A stretch of 63,520 nucleotides of DNA, from the NCBI GenBank assembly GCA_017476565.1, contig JAFUZN010000077.1, positions 1 through 63,520 on the forward strand. The letters are read 5' to 3'. The DNA comes from Clostridia bacterium (GTDB taxonomy: Bacteria > Bacillota > Clostridia > Oscillospirales > Acutalibacteraceae). Below, piece after piece: positions 26,623 to 35,177 of the stretch (within the stretch, counting starts at the first letter, position 1; each line of letters opens with the position of its first letter). The position numbers and the translations under genes are program-made. A model generated the notes under the pieces. The model was given only the letters and a program-made list of their open reading frames with translations. It ran no database searches and was not told the DNA's origin.

Positions 26623-26674
26623 ATTCGTTAAGGTACAAGCACACCTTCAAAATCTGAAAGGAAGGAGAACTGAA

Positions 26675-27493
26675 ATGACACAGAACATTACAGCAACCAC
26701 ACGCAAGGTTCTGGCCATCCTTCTCAGCGCAGCTCTGCTGGTATCGGTAGCAGTGGTCGGTTTTGTTACCATGAATCGCTCCAACGCCGCTACCCCTTCC
26801 GCACAGCTCTATGTCGGCTATAACGAAGAAGACGGCAACTGGTATGCCTATGACATCACCACGGGGCAGGTCGACACTTCTTATACCGGCATCGCAGCCA
26901 ATGAAAACGGCTGGTGGCGCATTGAGCGGGGGAAAGTCAATTTCGAATTCACCGGTCTCGCTCAGAACGATAACGGCTGGTACTATGTCGAAAACGGCTG
27001 CGTAAACTTTGACTACGAAGGCATCGTTTCCAACCAGCACGGCTATTGGTACGTCCGTTACGGTACGGTCGCATTCGACTACACCGGGTTCCTGTACATC
27101 TATTTCCAGGGTGACTACGGTTATTACTATGTGGAAGGCGGCCAGGTCAAGCTCAGAGATACCGGAATTGCCCAGTACTCTGACGGCAGCTGGTGGTATT
27201 ACGAAAACGGTAAGATCAACTTTGACTACAACGGGTCTTACACTTACAAAGGTACCACCTATAAAATCACTGAAGGTCACGTCGATACCGGGTTCTCGGG
27301 CCTGTCCCAGAACCCGGACGGGACTCTTACCCGGTTCGACAACGGCGGAGTCAATCGCCAGTACAACGGCATTGCCCGCATCAACGGGATCGCGTACTAC
27401 GTTCGCAGAGGCGTCGCCAAAACGAACTACACCGGTAAAATCATTGTCAATGGCAAGACCTACCAGGTGGAAAAAGGCGTCATCGTCGGTTGA
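26675..27493 (+). CDS. secreted protein made of wall-binding aromatic repeats (about 11 units)
   Basis: The ATG at 26675 follows GGAAGGAGAA. Signal peptide. Repeats such as NGWWRIERGKVNFEFTGLAQNDNGWYYVENGCVNFDYEG. Confidence 0.8.
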   Translation: MTQNITATTRKVLAILLSAALLVSVAVVGFVTMNRSNAATPSAQLYVGYNEEDGNWYAYDITTGQVDTSYTGIAANENGWWRIERGKVNFEFTGLAQNDNGWYYVENGCVNFDYEGIVSNQHGYWYVRYGTVAFDYTGFLYIYFQGDYGYYYVEGGQVKLRDTGIAQYSDGSWWYYENGKINFDYNGSYTYKGTTYKITEGHVDTGFSGLSQNPDGTLTRFDNGGVNRQYNGIARINGIAYYVRRGVAKTNYTGKIIVNGKTYQVEKGVIVG

Positions 27494-27512
27494 GTACCCA
27501 TTGGTTCAACAC

Positions 27513-27561
27513 TCAGGGACACAGAAGAGGGAAGAAAACCTCCTTCAGTGTCTCTTTTTTT
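27513..27561 (+). terminator. intrinsic terminator (imperfect stem, T7 run)
   Basis: GGGACACAGAAGAGG...CCTCCTTCAGTGTCTC followed by TTTTTTT. Confidence 0.6.
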
Positions 27562-27645
27562 GTGGAGTTTTTCCGTTGCTAGTGCCCTTTATTTATATTA
27601 TAATAGACAGACATATGAACACTCTAGGAAAGGTGTTACAGTTCT

Positions 27646-29628
27646 ATGGATGAAAAGCTGACACCGGCAGATATGATCCGTAAGGGGATCAATGCTGTCG
27701 CAGACGCCGAGAACAAAGGAATCAACCTGGAAAAAGATGCAGAGACCACATTTTCTCTGAACGTCGAAGATGACGCTGTGGAATTTGCCAGTTTCTCCAT
27801 TGACGATACAAGAGATACATCCGCCGCTTCCAAAGCCGGGACCCGCCTGCCGACGGTGTCATTGCCGAAGGCCAAAGTCCTGGAAGAACCTGTCTCTGTC
27901 CCGAAAGAACCTGCTTCTGTCCCGCAGGAGACCATTGTGGTGGACCTGCCGGAAGAAGTCAAAGTCTCTCCCTCTCATATTGCGGCTCCCATTGTGGAAG
28001 AGGAAGAGGTCACTGCTGCGGAGGAACTGGTCTCCGGACCTCCCCGTCACAGCCGGACCTGGCAGCGAAACCATGATCTTGCGGTCGCCAGTGCCTCAGC
28101 CCCCCGGGAAGAAGAACCTTCGGAGCCCCGGGAAAAGACCCAGGAGCAGCTCCTCGAAGAGATCTTAGCGGACACTCCGGAAGAGCGGAAACGCAAGCAG
28201 GTGGCCCAGGAAGAGGGAAGGCGTCTGGTCCAGGACATCTTCTCCGAAGAAAAGAAAGAGCGGCCGGTGGAAGAAGAACCCGTTCCCGAAGACACCACCG
28301 TTTACAACAACGAAGAAGTCCAGCAAATCGAAGCTCTGGAACGGTTCCTGGAAGATTCTAAGAGAGAGCGCCGGGAGCGCATGAATATGACACCGGCCGG
28401 TACCGGGGACGTCCACGAAACGGGCGATGTCCCCATTTCCACAGGCAATACGTCTCACCCCACCTCCGGCGGCTATTTCGGCGTCGGCCGGAAGAGCGGC
28501 TTTACCCAGGAGGCGGCCGCCAATGCCGCCGGCGGAAAAGTCATCGAAAGCCGTTCTCTGGCGGTAGACCCGACGACCCTTTCGAAGAAAGAACTGCGGG
28601 AATATAACCGTATCAATCGCCGTGGGGAAAAGGAGCTCCTTCGCCAGCAGAAGCGGGCCGGCAAAAAACGGATGGCCCTTTGGAAAAAGATCGTCCTCAT
28701 CCTTCTGGCCCTGATCATTTTAGTGGTGGCGGTCGCCGGCATCTTCTTTGGTCGGTACTACGGACTCCTCGGCAACCTGGACCTTGGGGAAAACCCCATC
28801 CAGAAAGTCGACCTCTCCGGTCAGTCGGAGACCAACGAGAAAACCATGAACATCCTTCTCGTGGGACTTGACTCCCGAAAGGACAATTACACCGGTCTTT
28901 CCGACTCGATGATCCTCTGTACCATCAATAAGCAGTCGAAGAAGTTTATTATGACGTCTTTCCTGAGGGACTCTTACGTCAGCATTCCGGGCCACGGCAA
29001 AGACAAGCTCAATGCGGCCTATGCTCTCGGAGGCTCGACCCTTTTGACCAACACCATTTACGAGAACTACGGCATTGCCGTCGATCGGGTGGCAGTCTTC
29101 AACTTCCTCTTCGTCATCGACCTCATCGACTACCTGGGTGGCGTCACAGTAGACGTCACGCAGGATGAGCTCCCGTACCTGAACATGTATATCCACGATC
29201 AGAACGAAGAGCTTTATAACCTTGCAAACCCGAATAAGGGTCAGATCAATTCCGGCCCCGGCACTTACACCCTGACCGGGAACCAGGCCCTCGGCTACGC
29301 CCGCATTCGTTATGTGGGAACCGACGTCGCCCGTACCGAACGGCAGCGCATCGTCCTTTCCGAGTGCATCGAGAAGGCCAAGAACCTCAGCGCCGCTCAG
29401 CTCAATGAGATGGCAAAGACCTTCCTGCCTCGAGTCAAGACCGACCTCACCTCCGGCGACTGTGCATCCCTCATCGTGACCCTGCTTCGGGCCAACAGCT
29501 ATGAGATGGGCAGCATGTCGATCCCGGTGGAAGGCACCTGGAAAGACGGGAAGGTCGGCGATCAGGACATCATCAAGATCACCGACTTCAAAGCGAATAC
29601 GGAAGCCTGGGAGAAACTGGTCTCCTGA
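27646..29628 (+). CDS. LCP family glycopolymer ligase with a ~345-aa acidic N-terminal cytoplasmic extension
   Basis: TM segment MALWKKIVLILLALIILVVAVAGIFF at about aa 345. LCP core MNILLVGLDSRKDNYTGLSDSMILCTINKQSKKFIMTSFLRDSYVSIPGHGKDKLNAAYALGG. The N-terminal part is E/P/K-rich and low complexity. Confidence 0.85.
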   Translation: MDEKLTPADMIRKGINAVADAENKGINLEKDAETTFSLNVEDDAVEFASFSIDDTRDTSAASKAGTRLPTVSLPKAKVLEEPVSVPKEPASVPQETIVVDLPEEVKVSPSHIAAPIVEEEEVTAAEELVSGPPRHSRTWQRNHDLAVASASAPREEEPSEPREKTQEQLLEEILADTPEERKRKQVAQEEGRRLVQDIFSEEKKERPVEEEPVPEDTTVYNNEEVQQIEALERFLEDSKRERRERMNMTPAGTGDVHETGDVPISTGNTSHPTSGGYFGVGRKSGFTQEAAANAAGGKVIESRSLAVDPTTLSKKELREYNRINRRGEKELLRQQKRAGKKRMALWKKIVLILLALIILVVAVAGIFFGRYYGLLGNLDLGENPIQKVDLSGQSETNEKTMNILLVGLDSRKDNYTGLSDSMILCTINKQSKKFIMTSFLRDSYVSIPGHGKDKLNAAYALGGSTLLTNTIYENYGIAVDRVAVFNFLFVIDLIDYLGGVTVDVTQDELPYLNMYIHDQNEELYNLANPNKGQINSGPGTYTLTGNQALGYARIRYVGTDVARTERQRIVLSECIEKAKNLSAAQLNEMAKTFLPRVKTDLTSGDCASLIVTLLRANSYEMGSMSIPVEGTWKDGKVGDQDIIKITDFKANTEAWEKLVS

Positions 29629-29656
29629 CGGCTTTTCGAGAAAGGAAGAATCGGCC

Positions 29657-30721
29657 ATGGCAGTAATGGATCGTCCCCGCATTTTTATGCTGGACTTCAT
29701 TCGTGCCCTGGCCATTTTTCTTGTCTGTATGGGCCACTCTGTCGAGCAGACCTTCCATTTCGCGGAAAAGGACGTCTTTTTCGTCCAGGGCGATTACAAG
29801 GGCATGGTCGTTTTGATGCTCTTTACTTTGGCCCGCATTTCTGTGCCCTTTTTCCTCTTTTTGACCGGGTATTTCTTTCTGCCCCGGTCCTATGACACGG
29901 AAGGGACTCTTCACTTTTGGAAACACAACTTCGGTCGGCTCCTGCTCTGCACGGAACTGTGGATCCTTCTTTATAACATTTTCGATTATTTCTTCTGGCA
30001 TATCGACCTGACACCTCTCTCTCTAGTGCGGCAAATGGTCTTCCTCGAGAACGTGCCCGCCATGGACCACTACTGGTACCTTCCCATGATCCTCGGGGTT
30101 TACCTTTTTTTACCGGTGGTAGCCAACGGCCTCAAACACATCGACGCAAAACTGCTGACCATACCGGTGCTCTTCATTCTCGTCTTCTTCACGCTGGACC
30201 CGAGCATCGGCAACACAGAAGTCACCATCCTCGACGCCGGCTACACCGGCGGGGTCTTCGGCACCTATGTGCTCCTTGGCTACATGGTTCACGAAAAAGT
30301 GTTCCGGGAAGTCAAGGGCTGGGTTTTAGGGCTCCTTGCGGTGGTCTGTTTCCTCGCAGTCCACGTCACCGAATACTTCCAGCACCTTTTAGGGGAGCAA
30401 AACATTGTCTGGTACACCTGGTTTACGCTGATGGTCACCGCCCTTTGCTGTTTTGAGCTCCTCGACCGGCACAGTGGGGAAGCGGTCATCCCGAGCGGGG
30501 TCCACATTCCGGTCAATTTCGTAGCCCGCTACAGTTTCGCCATGTACCTCACACATTTCCCCATGACACAGGCCTGTGTCCGGGTCTGTTACTGGTACAC
30601 CGACTCCGCCTTTTTGACCTTCCTGGTCGCGACCTTTGTGCCCTTCTTAGCAAGTTTGCTTCTCTGCCGGCTCCTAGACCGCATTCCAAAGGTGGGCCGC
30701 TATCTTCTCTATATGCGGTAA
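29657..30721 (+). CDS. Acyltransferase_3 family membrane O-acyltransferase
   Basis: The ATG at 29657 follows GAAAGGAAGAA (the track ORF 29501 overlaps the LCP gene). RIFMLDFIRALAIFLVCMGHS motif; polytopic. Confidence 0.85.
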   Translation: MAVMDRPRIFMLDFIRALAIFLVCMGHSVEQTFHFAEKDVFFVQGDYKGMVVLMLFTLARISVPFFLFLTGYFFLPRSYDTEGTLHFWKHNFGRLLLCTELWILLYNIFDYFFWHIDLTPLSLVRQMVFLENVPAMDHYWYLPMILGVYLFLPVVANGLKHIDAKLLTIPVLFILVFFTLDPSIGNTEVTILDAGYTGGVFGTYVLLGYMVHEKVFREVKGWVLGLLAVVCFLAVHVTEYFQHLLGEQNIVWYTWFTLMVTALCCFELLDRHSGEAVIPSGVHIPVNFVARYSFAMYLTHFPMTQACVRVCYWYTDSAFLTFLVATFVPFLASLLLCRLLDRIPKVGRYLLYMR

Positions 30722-30730
30722 AAACGAAAT

Positions 30731-30762
30731 AAATCGCCTCACAGAGCAATGTGGGGCGATTT
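30731..30762. terminator. bidirectional hairpin terminator between convergent genes
   Basis: AAATCGCCTCACA-GAGCAA-TGTGGGGCGATTT. Confidence 0.75.
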
Positions 30763-30778
30763 ACTGTTTTGTCCTTGT

Positions 30779-31378
30779 TCAGTTGTCTTCCGGGACCAGC
30801 AGGAGTCCGTCAAAGAGCAGGGTACTCATGGTCGTAAGAGTCTCTTTCAGAAGTTTTCGGTCGAGGTCTTTCATTTCCAGAGAACTCAAAATGATGTACT
30901 TATACCAGCCGAACAGCATAGTGGCGGCCACATCGACATTGATGGCCCGGAAGGCTCCGCTTTCAATACCGTCCACCATGATCTGCCGTACGTACTGGAT
31001 CGGCCATTGGGTAAATTCGTTGAGGGGGTCTACATCCGGGTACATGGGGAAGATGGAGGGGTCGTTTTTAATGAGAGCCGACATGTCTTCGTTCCCGGCT
31101 ATATAACCCACTGCCGAGCGGAAGGTCATTAAGAGTTTTTCTTTGGGGTCCTCAATGTCCTCGGTCTCCGCCAGCACAAAGTTGTGCCACCGGTCCAGGG
31201 CATAGGAAACGCAGTCCTTGTAGAGGGCCTGTTTACTTTTGGCGTAGGAATAGAGGTTCGTATTGCTCATGTCCAAAGCCCCGGCAATGTCCTCTAAGGT
31301 CGTCTTCTTATAACCGAACTTTGCAAAAAACGGAATGGCGGCTTCATAGATCCGTTCTTCTTCCATTCTGGGTCGCAT
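30779..31378 (-). CDS. TetR/AcrR-family transcriptional regulator
   Basis: The ATG at 31378 follows AAGGAGAAG. HTH region RIYEAAIPFFAKFGYKKTTLEDIAGALDMSNTNLYSYAKSKQALY. Confidence 0.85.
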   Translation of the reverse strand: MRPRMEEERIYEAAIPFFAKFGYKKTTLEDIAGALDMSNTNLYSYAKSKQALYKDCVSYALDRWHNFVLAETEDIEDPKEKLLMTFRSAVGYIAGNEDMSALIKNDPSIFPMYPDVDPLNEFTQWPIQYVRQIMVDGIESGAFRAINVDVAATMLFGWYKYIILSSLEMKDLDRKLLKETLTTMSTLLFDGLLLVPEDN

Positions 31379-31399
31379 AGTTTCTTCTCCTTGAAGCAC

Positions 31400-32692
31400 T
31401 TAGTCTTCTGTCTGTTCTGGAAGGCCTACTGCATCGTACATGCAGATCGCCTCCACCATAATATCGATGCCTACGGCAATGCACTCCGGGCGCATGTTTT
31501 CGACGGTGTCCTCCCGGGTGTGGTAGTAGACCGGCGGGTCGGGGTTCATGGCAGCCAGTGTGGTGGCTTTATACCCCTGCCGCGTAAAGGCAGCAGCATC
31601 GGAGCCTCCCACATAGACCGACTCGAACTTCAGGTCCCGGCCGGTGTTCAGGGCCGCATTCTTCAAAAGGTGCTTGACCTGCCAGTCGTGCTGCAGAGTT
31701 CCGGAAAGGTCTCTGTCGTAGATCGCCATATCTTCCAGGTCCCGGAAAGTGTCCAGGGCCACCACAATAGTGGGAACGTCTTTATACTCTTCCTTATGGG
31801 CTTTGGCAAAGGCTTTCGCCCCCCGAAGACCCACTTCTTCGGAACCGGAGAACACAGCGACGACTTCGGTCCGCTCCAGTTCAATGCCCGCTTCCTTCAT
31901 GGCTTTGACCGTTTCCAGGTTAACGGCGCAGCCTGAGAGGTTGTCAGAGGCCCCGGGCACGCTCTTCGTGTGGCTCTGGAAGAAAATGAAGGACAGTTCC
32001 AGCGGAATGAAAAGAATGCTCACCACAAAGAACAGCACGAAAAACCAGCGGGGGGTCTGTAAAAGGTTTGCTGCACTGCCTTTGCCTACAATGAGACATA
32101 CGAGGGCGAAGATAGTCTGGATGACCAGCCCTACGACCGCCGGAATTTCTACGGCGAGTTTTGCTACAAGACCGCCTTTGTCACCAATGGCCTTCACCTG
32201 ACCGAAGAGCCAGTTGAGGGTCCACTCGTACTGAGAGTCCGAGTGAGAGACCATAACGATGCGCTGTTTGGTTTCCCCGGCCGGGGGAATGACTGCGTAA
32301 GTGTTATGAGACGTCTGCTTCGGGAACAGGAAATCGTTGAACTCATCGTAGCGCAGGAATTCGAAAAACAGAGGAATAAAGGCCAGCACGCAGAGAATAA
32401 ATGCTGCAAGGGGGCTCCAGAACCAGTTGACAAAGACACTGGATACCCCACAGGCCACTGTAAAGGGGATAAACCCCATAAAGGCCTGGCGATGGACGGA
32501 GAAGGGCTCGGTCACCGTTTTCGAGGCATAGGGGGAGATCTTCTCTTCCAGCATTTTCTGGGCTTTCAGCTCCATTTCCGAGCCGGCCGGACGGGGACCG
32601 ACGGTGCCGACAATGTCCGCGACCACGGCGACGCCTTCGGCCGTCGCTTTCTGAAGGTCGACGTTCCCACCGTAGTTATCCGTATACTTCAT
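31400..32692 (-). CDS. M28-family metallopeptidase with inserted transmembrane segments
   Basis: The ATG at 32692 follows GGAG. The motifs PGASDNLSGCAV and VAVFSGSEEVGLRGAKAF are typical of M28 zinc ligands. Several hydrophobic helices sit mid-protein. Confidence 0.7.
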   Translation of the reverse strand: MKYTDNYGGNVDLQKATAEGVAVVADIVGTVGPRPAGSEMELKAQKMLEEKISPYASKTVTEPFSVHRQAFMGFIPFTVACGVSSVFVNWFWSPLAAFILCVLAFIPLFFEFLRYDEFNDFLFPKQTSHNTYAVIPPAGETKQRIVMVSHSDSQYEWTLNWLFGQVKAIGDKGGLVAKLAVEIPAVVGLVIQTIFALVCLIVGKGSAANLLQTPRWFFVLFFVVSILFIPLELSFIFFQSHTKSVPGASDNLSGCAVNLETVKAMKEAGIELERTEVVAVFSGSEEVGLRGAKAFAKAHKEEYKDVPTIVVALDTFRDLEDMAIYDRDLSGTLQHDWQVKHLLKNAALNTGRDLKFESVYVGGSDAAAFTRQGYKATTLAAMNPDPPVYYHTREDTVENMRPECIAVGIDIMVEAICMYDAVGLPEQTED

Positions 32693-32830
32693 AAAAATCA
32701 CTCCGATCTTTCAAGATAGGAAACTTTCTTTTAACTGAACTTATTATACCATTCTTCGGGGAAAATTTCTGCAATTTCCGCGAACTGTTACAATATTGGA
32801 ACTATCCTGTCACATTTTCTCAAAACGAAA

Positions 32831-32856
32831 AAAGCCACTCCGAAAGGAGTGGCTTT
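32831..32856 (-). terminator. intrinsic terminator of guaB
   Basis: AAAGCCACTCC-GAAA-GGAGTGGCTTT, followed on the minus strand by TTTTTTCG. Confidence 0.85.
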
Positions 32857-32869
32857 GCGTTTTCCATGA

Positions 32870-34372
32870 TCAGACGTTGGACGTCGTGTCCTTAGTGATG
32901 ACGTCGTGGGCGCCGCCTTCTACAATGGAAGTGGAGCTGACGACGGTGAGTTTCGCTTTTTCACGAAGCTCAGGAATGCTCAGGGCACCGCAGTTGCACA
33001 TGGTGCTGCGGACTTTGGCGAGGGTCGTGTAGACGCCGTCTTTCAAAGAACCGGCATAGGGGACATAGGAGTCGACCCCTTCTTCGAAGGAGAGTTTTTT
33101 ATCGCCGCCCATGTCGTACCGCTGCCAGTTGCGGGCTCTGTTGGAACCTTCGCCCCAATACTCTTTGACATACCGGCCGTTGATGCGGATCTTGTTGGTG
33201 GGGGACTCATCGAAGCGGGAGAAGTACCGGCCCAGCATCAGGAAATCGGCTCCCATGGCAAGGGCGAGGGTCACATGGTAGTCATGGACAATGCCGCCGT
33301 CGGAGCAGACGGGAACGTAAATGCCGGTCTCTTCAAAATACTTGTCTCTGGCCGCACATACGTCGATAAGGGCGGTGGCCTGTCCGCGGCCGATGCCCTT
33401 GGTCTCCCGGGTGATGCAGATGGAACCGCCGCCGATACCGACCTTAACAAAGTCTGCACCGCAGTCCGCGAGGAAACGGAATCCTTCTTCATCGACAACG
33501 TTTCCGGCGCCGCATTTGACTTTGTCGCCGTATTTGTCTTTGATCCACTGAAGGGTCCGTCTCTGCCATTCGGAATAACCTTCCGAGGAGTCGATGCAGA
33601 GGACGTCTGCACCGGCTTCCACCAGAGCGGGAACGCGTTCTTCGTAGTCTCTCGAGTTGATGCCGGCGCCCACGACGTAAGACTTGTTCTCGTCGAGGAG
33701 TTCCAGCTTGTTTTCATGGTGGGAATCGTAGTCCTTCCGGAAAACGAGGTAGGCCAGATGGTCGTTCTCGTCCACCAGAGGAAGGTTGTTCAGTTTGTGT
33801 TCCCAAATGATGTCATTGGCATCTTTGAGGGAAGTGGTATGGGGAGCGGTGATGAGTTTTTCCCGGGGCGTCATGAACTCTTTGATCTTCGTGGAGGGGT
33901 CCATGCGGGAGACCCGGTAGTCTTTGGAACCGACGATGCCGAGGAGCTTTCCGTTGGCCGTACCATCTTCAGTGATAGCAACCGTCGAATGACCGGTCCG
34001 CTCTTTCAGGGTCAGGACGTCTGCCAGAGTGTCTTCCGGAGTCAGGTTACTGGTAGAGACGATGAATCCCTTTTTGTAGTTCTTGACCCGGGCGACCATA
34101 GCAGCTTCCGACTCAATGGACTGGGAACCGTAAATGAAGGAGACGCCGCCTTCTTTTGCCAGTGCAATGGCCATGGTGTCGTTGGAGACCGCCTGCATGA
34201 TGGCAGAGACCATGGGGATGTTGAGAGTGATGTCCGGCTCTTCGCCTTTCTTATAACGGACAAGAGGGGTCCGCAGGTCCACATTGGTCGGGATACATTC
34301 GCCGGAAGAGAAGCCCGGGACCAGAAGATACTCCCCAAAAGTTCTGGACGGTTGATCGAAATAAAAAGCCAT
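32870..34372 (-). CDS. guaB: IMP dehydrogenase
   Basis: 500 aa. N-terminus [16 protein letters not shown], tandem CBS region, and catalytic loop [15 protein letters not shown]. Confidence 0.88.
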   Translation of the reverse strand: MAFYFDQPSRTFGEYLLVPGFSSGECIPTNVDLRTPLVRYKKGEEPDITLNIPMVSAIMQAVSNDTMAIALAKEGGVSFIYGSQSIESEAAMVARVKNYKKGFIVSTSNLTPEDTLADVLTLKERTGHSTVAITEDGTANGKLLGIVGSKDYRVSRMDPSTKIKEFMTPREKLITAPHTTSLKDANDIIWEHKLNNLPLVDENDHLAYLVFRKDYDSHHENKLELLDENKSYVVGAGINSRDYEERVPALVEAGADVLCIDSSEGYSEWQRRTLQWIKDKYGDKVKCGAGNVVDEEGFRFLADCGADFVKVGIGGGSICITRETKGIGRGQATALIDVCAARDKYFEETGIYVPVCSDGGIVHDYHVTLALAMGADFLMLGRYFSRFDESPTNKIRINGRYVKEYWGEGSNRARNWQRYDMGGDKKLSFEEGVDSYVPYAGSLKDGVYTTLAKVRSTMCNCGALSIPELREKAKLTVVSSTSIVEGGAHDVITKDTTSNV

Positions 34373-34427
34373 AAAATACTCCTCTCGCTATGAAAAAAAC
34401 TCAGGTATGAAATAAAATATTTTTATA

Positions 34428-34455
34428 ATTATAAAATACCCTTCCAAAAAGTCAA
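34428..34455 (-). promoter_or_regulatory. sigma-A promoter candidate for guaB
   Basis: On the minus strand: TTGACT (34455-34450), 16-nt spacer, TATAAT (34433-34428). Confidence 0.6.
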
Positions 34456-34476
34456 CACAGTGGTTGTGAATTTTAA

Positions 34477-34507
34477 AAAGAAGGACCTCGGGAAGAGGTC
34501 CTTCTTT
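34477..34507 (-). terminator. intrinsic terminator of the SCP2-domain gene
   Basis: AAAGAAGGACCTC-GGGAA-GAGGTCCTTCTTT, followed on the minus strand by TTTTAAAA. Confidence 0.85.
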
Positions 34508-34518
34508 GGAAGAACAGC

Positions 34519-35112
34519 TTATTTTTTGGCAGCAGTCTTCTTAGTAGCTGTCTTTTTCGCAGCCGGTTTCTTGGCAGCGGTCTTTTTCTCGGCAGCCTTC
34601 GGAGCAGCTTTCTTCTCGTCAGCAGCCTTGGTGGCAGCCTTCTTGGCAGCCGGCTTTTTAGCAGCAGTCTTCTTGGCGGCCGGCTTCTTCTCGTCAGCAG
34701 CCTTGGTGGCAGTCTTCTTGGCAGCCGGCTTCTTCGCGGCAGTCTTCTTAGCGGCCGGTTTCTTCGCAGCCGTCTTCTTGGCGGGCGCAGCGGGTTTCAG
34801 GGAAGTGACCGCCAGAGCATGGTCCAGGTTGCCGTTGACTTCCACAAGGCCGCGGAACAGAGCGTCGGGGCCGTCGAGTTTGCCGTTCAGAAGGTCCTTC
34901 AGGGTCTTGGCAGAAGCGGTGATGTTGACGGTGTTGTCCTTGTAGTCATAGGGCTCTACAGCGAAGTTGCCGCCAATGTTGGCGATGTAGAAAGTACCGC
35001 CGCAGTCCTCATCGGTCATGGTGACCTGGAGAGCAAGGTCCTGGGGAAGGTCCTTAGTGTCAACTTTTGCGAGTTCTTTCTTGAACTGTTCGAATCTCTT
35101 TTCGAATGTCAT
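34519..35112 (-). CDS. SCP2 (sterol-carrier-like) domain protein with a Lys/Ala-rich histone-H1-like C-terminal tail
   Basis: The ATG at 35112 follows GGAGGA. SCP2 pattern ...[37 protein letters not shown]. Then about 90 aa of [12 protein letters not shown] repeats. Confidence 0.75.
   Translation of the reverse strand: MTFEKRFEQFKKELAKVDTKDLPQDLALQVTMTDEDCGGTFYIANIGGNFAVEPYDYKDNTVNITASAKTLKDLLNGKLDGPDALFRGLVEVNGNLDHALAVTSLKPAAPAKKTAAKKPAAKKTAAKKPAAKKTATKAADEKKPAAKKTAAKKPAAKKAATKAADEKKAAPKAAEKKTAAKKPAAKKTATKKTAAKK
34522..34800. repeat. tandem coding repeats (30-bp sub-unit, 75-bp higher-order unit) encoding [10 protein letters not shown]-type tail
   Basis: TCTTCTCGTCAGCAGCCTTGGTGGCAG recurs at 34611 and 34686 (75-bp period). 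The protein motif TKAADEKK recurs 25 aa apart. Confidence 0.8.
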
Positions 35113-35177
35113 TGTGTTTTCCTCCATTATTCATTGGATACAAATTTGGATACAGTATTTATAGGATCAGTGCCTGA

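Noticed and set aside
26594-26674. Upstream TTG/GTG starts proposed by the ORF track, here and at 1666, 6614, 29501, 39294, 38600, 35127, 31399, 32701 and 63064.
   Set aside because: In each case an internal ATG sits 6-10 nt after a GGAGG-like RBS. The extension either overlaps the upstream gene, covers a promoter (26594 is the -35 box), or adds non-signal-peptide residues before a clear signal peptide.
13243-27493. Prophage or prophage remnant, suggested by a GH25 lysin, a phage-tail-type lysozyme and Ltp domains.
   Set aside because: There are no integrase, terminase, portal, capsid, tail or holin genes and no att-like flanking repeats. The hydrolases carry Sec signal peptides and host-type wall-binding repeats.
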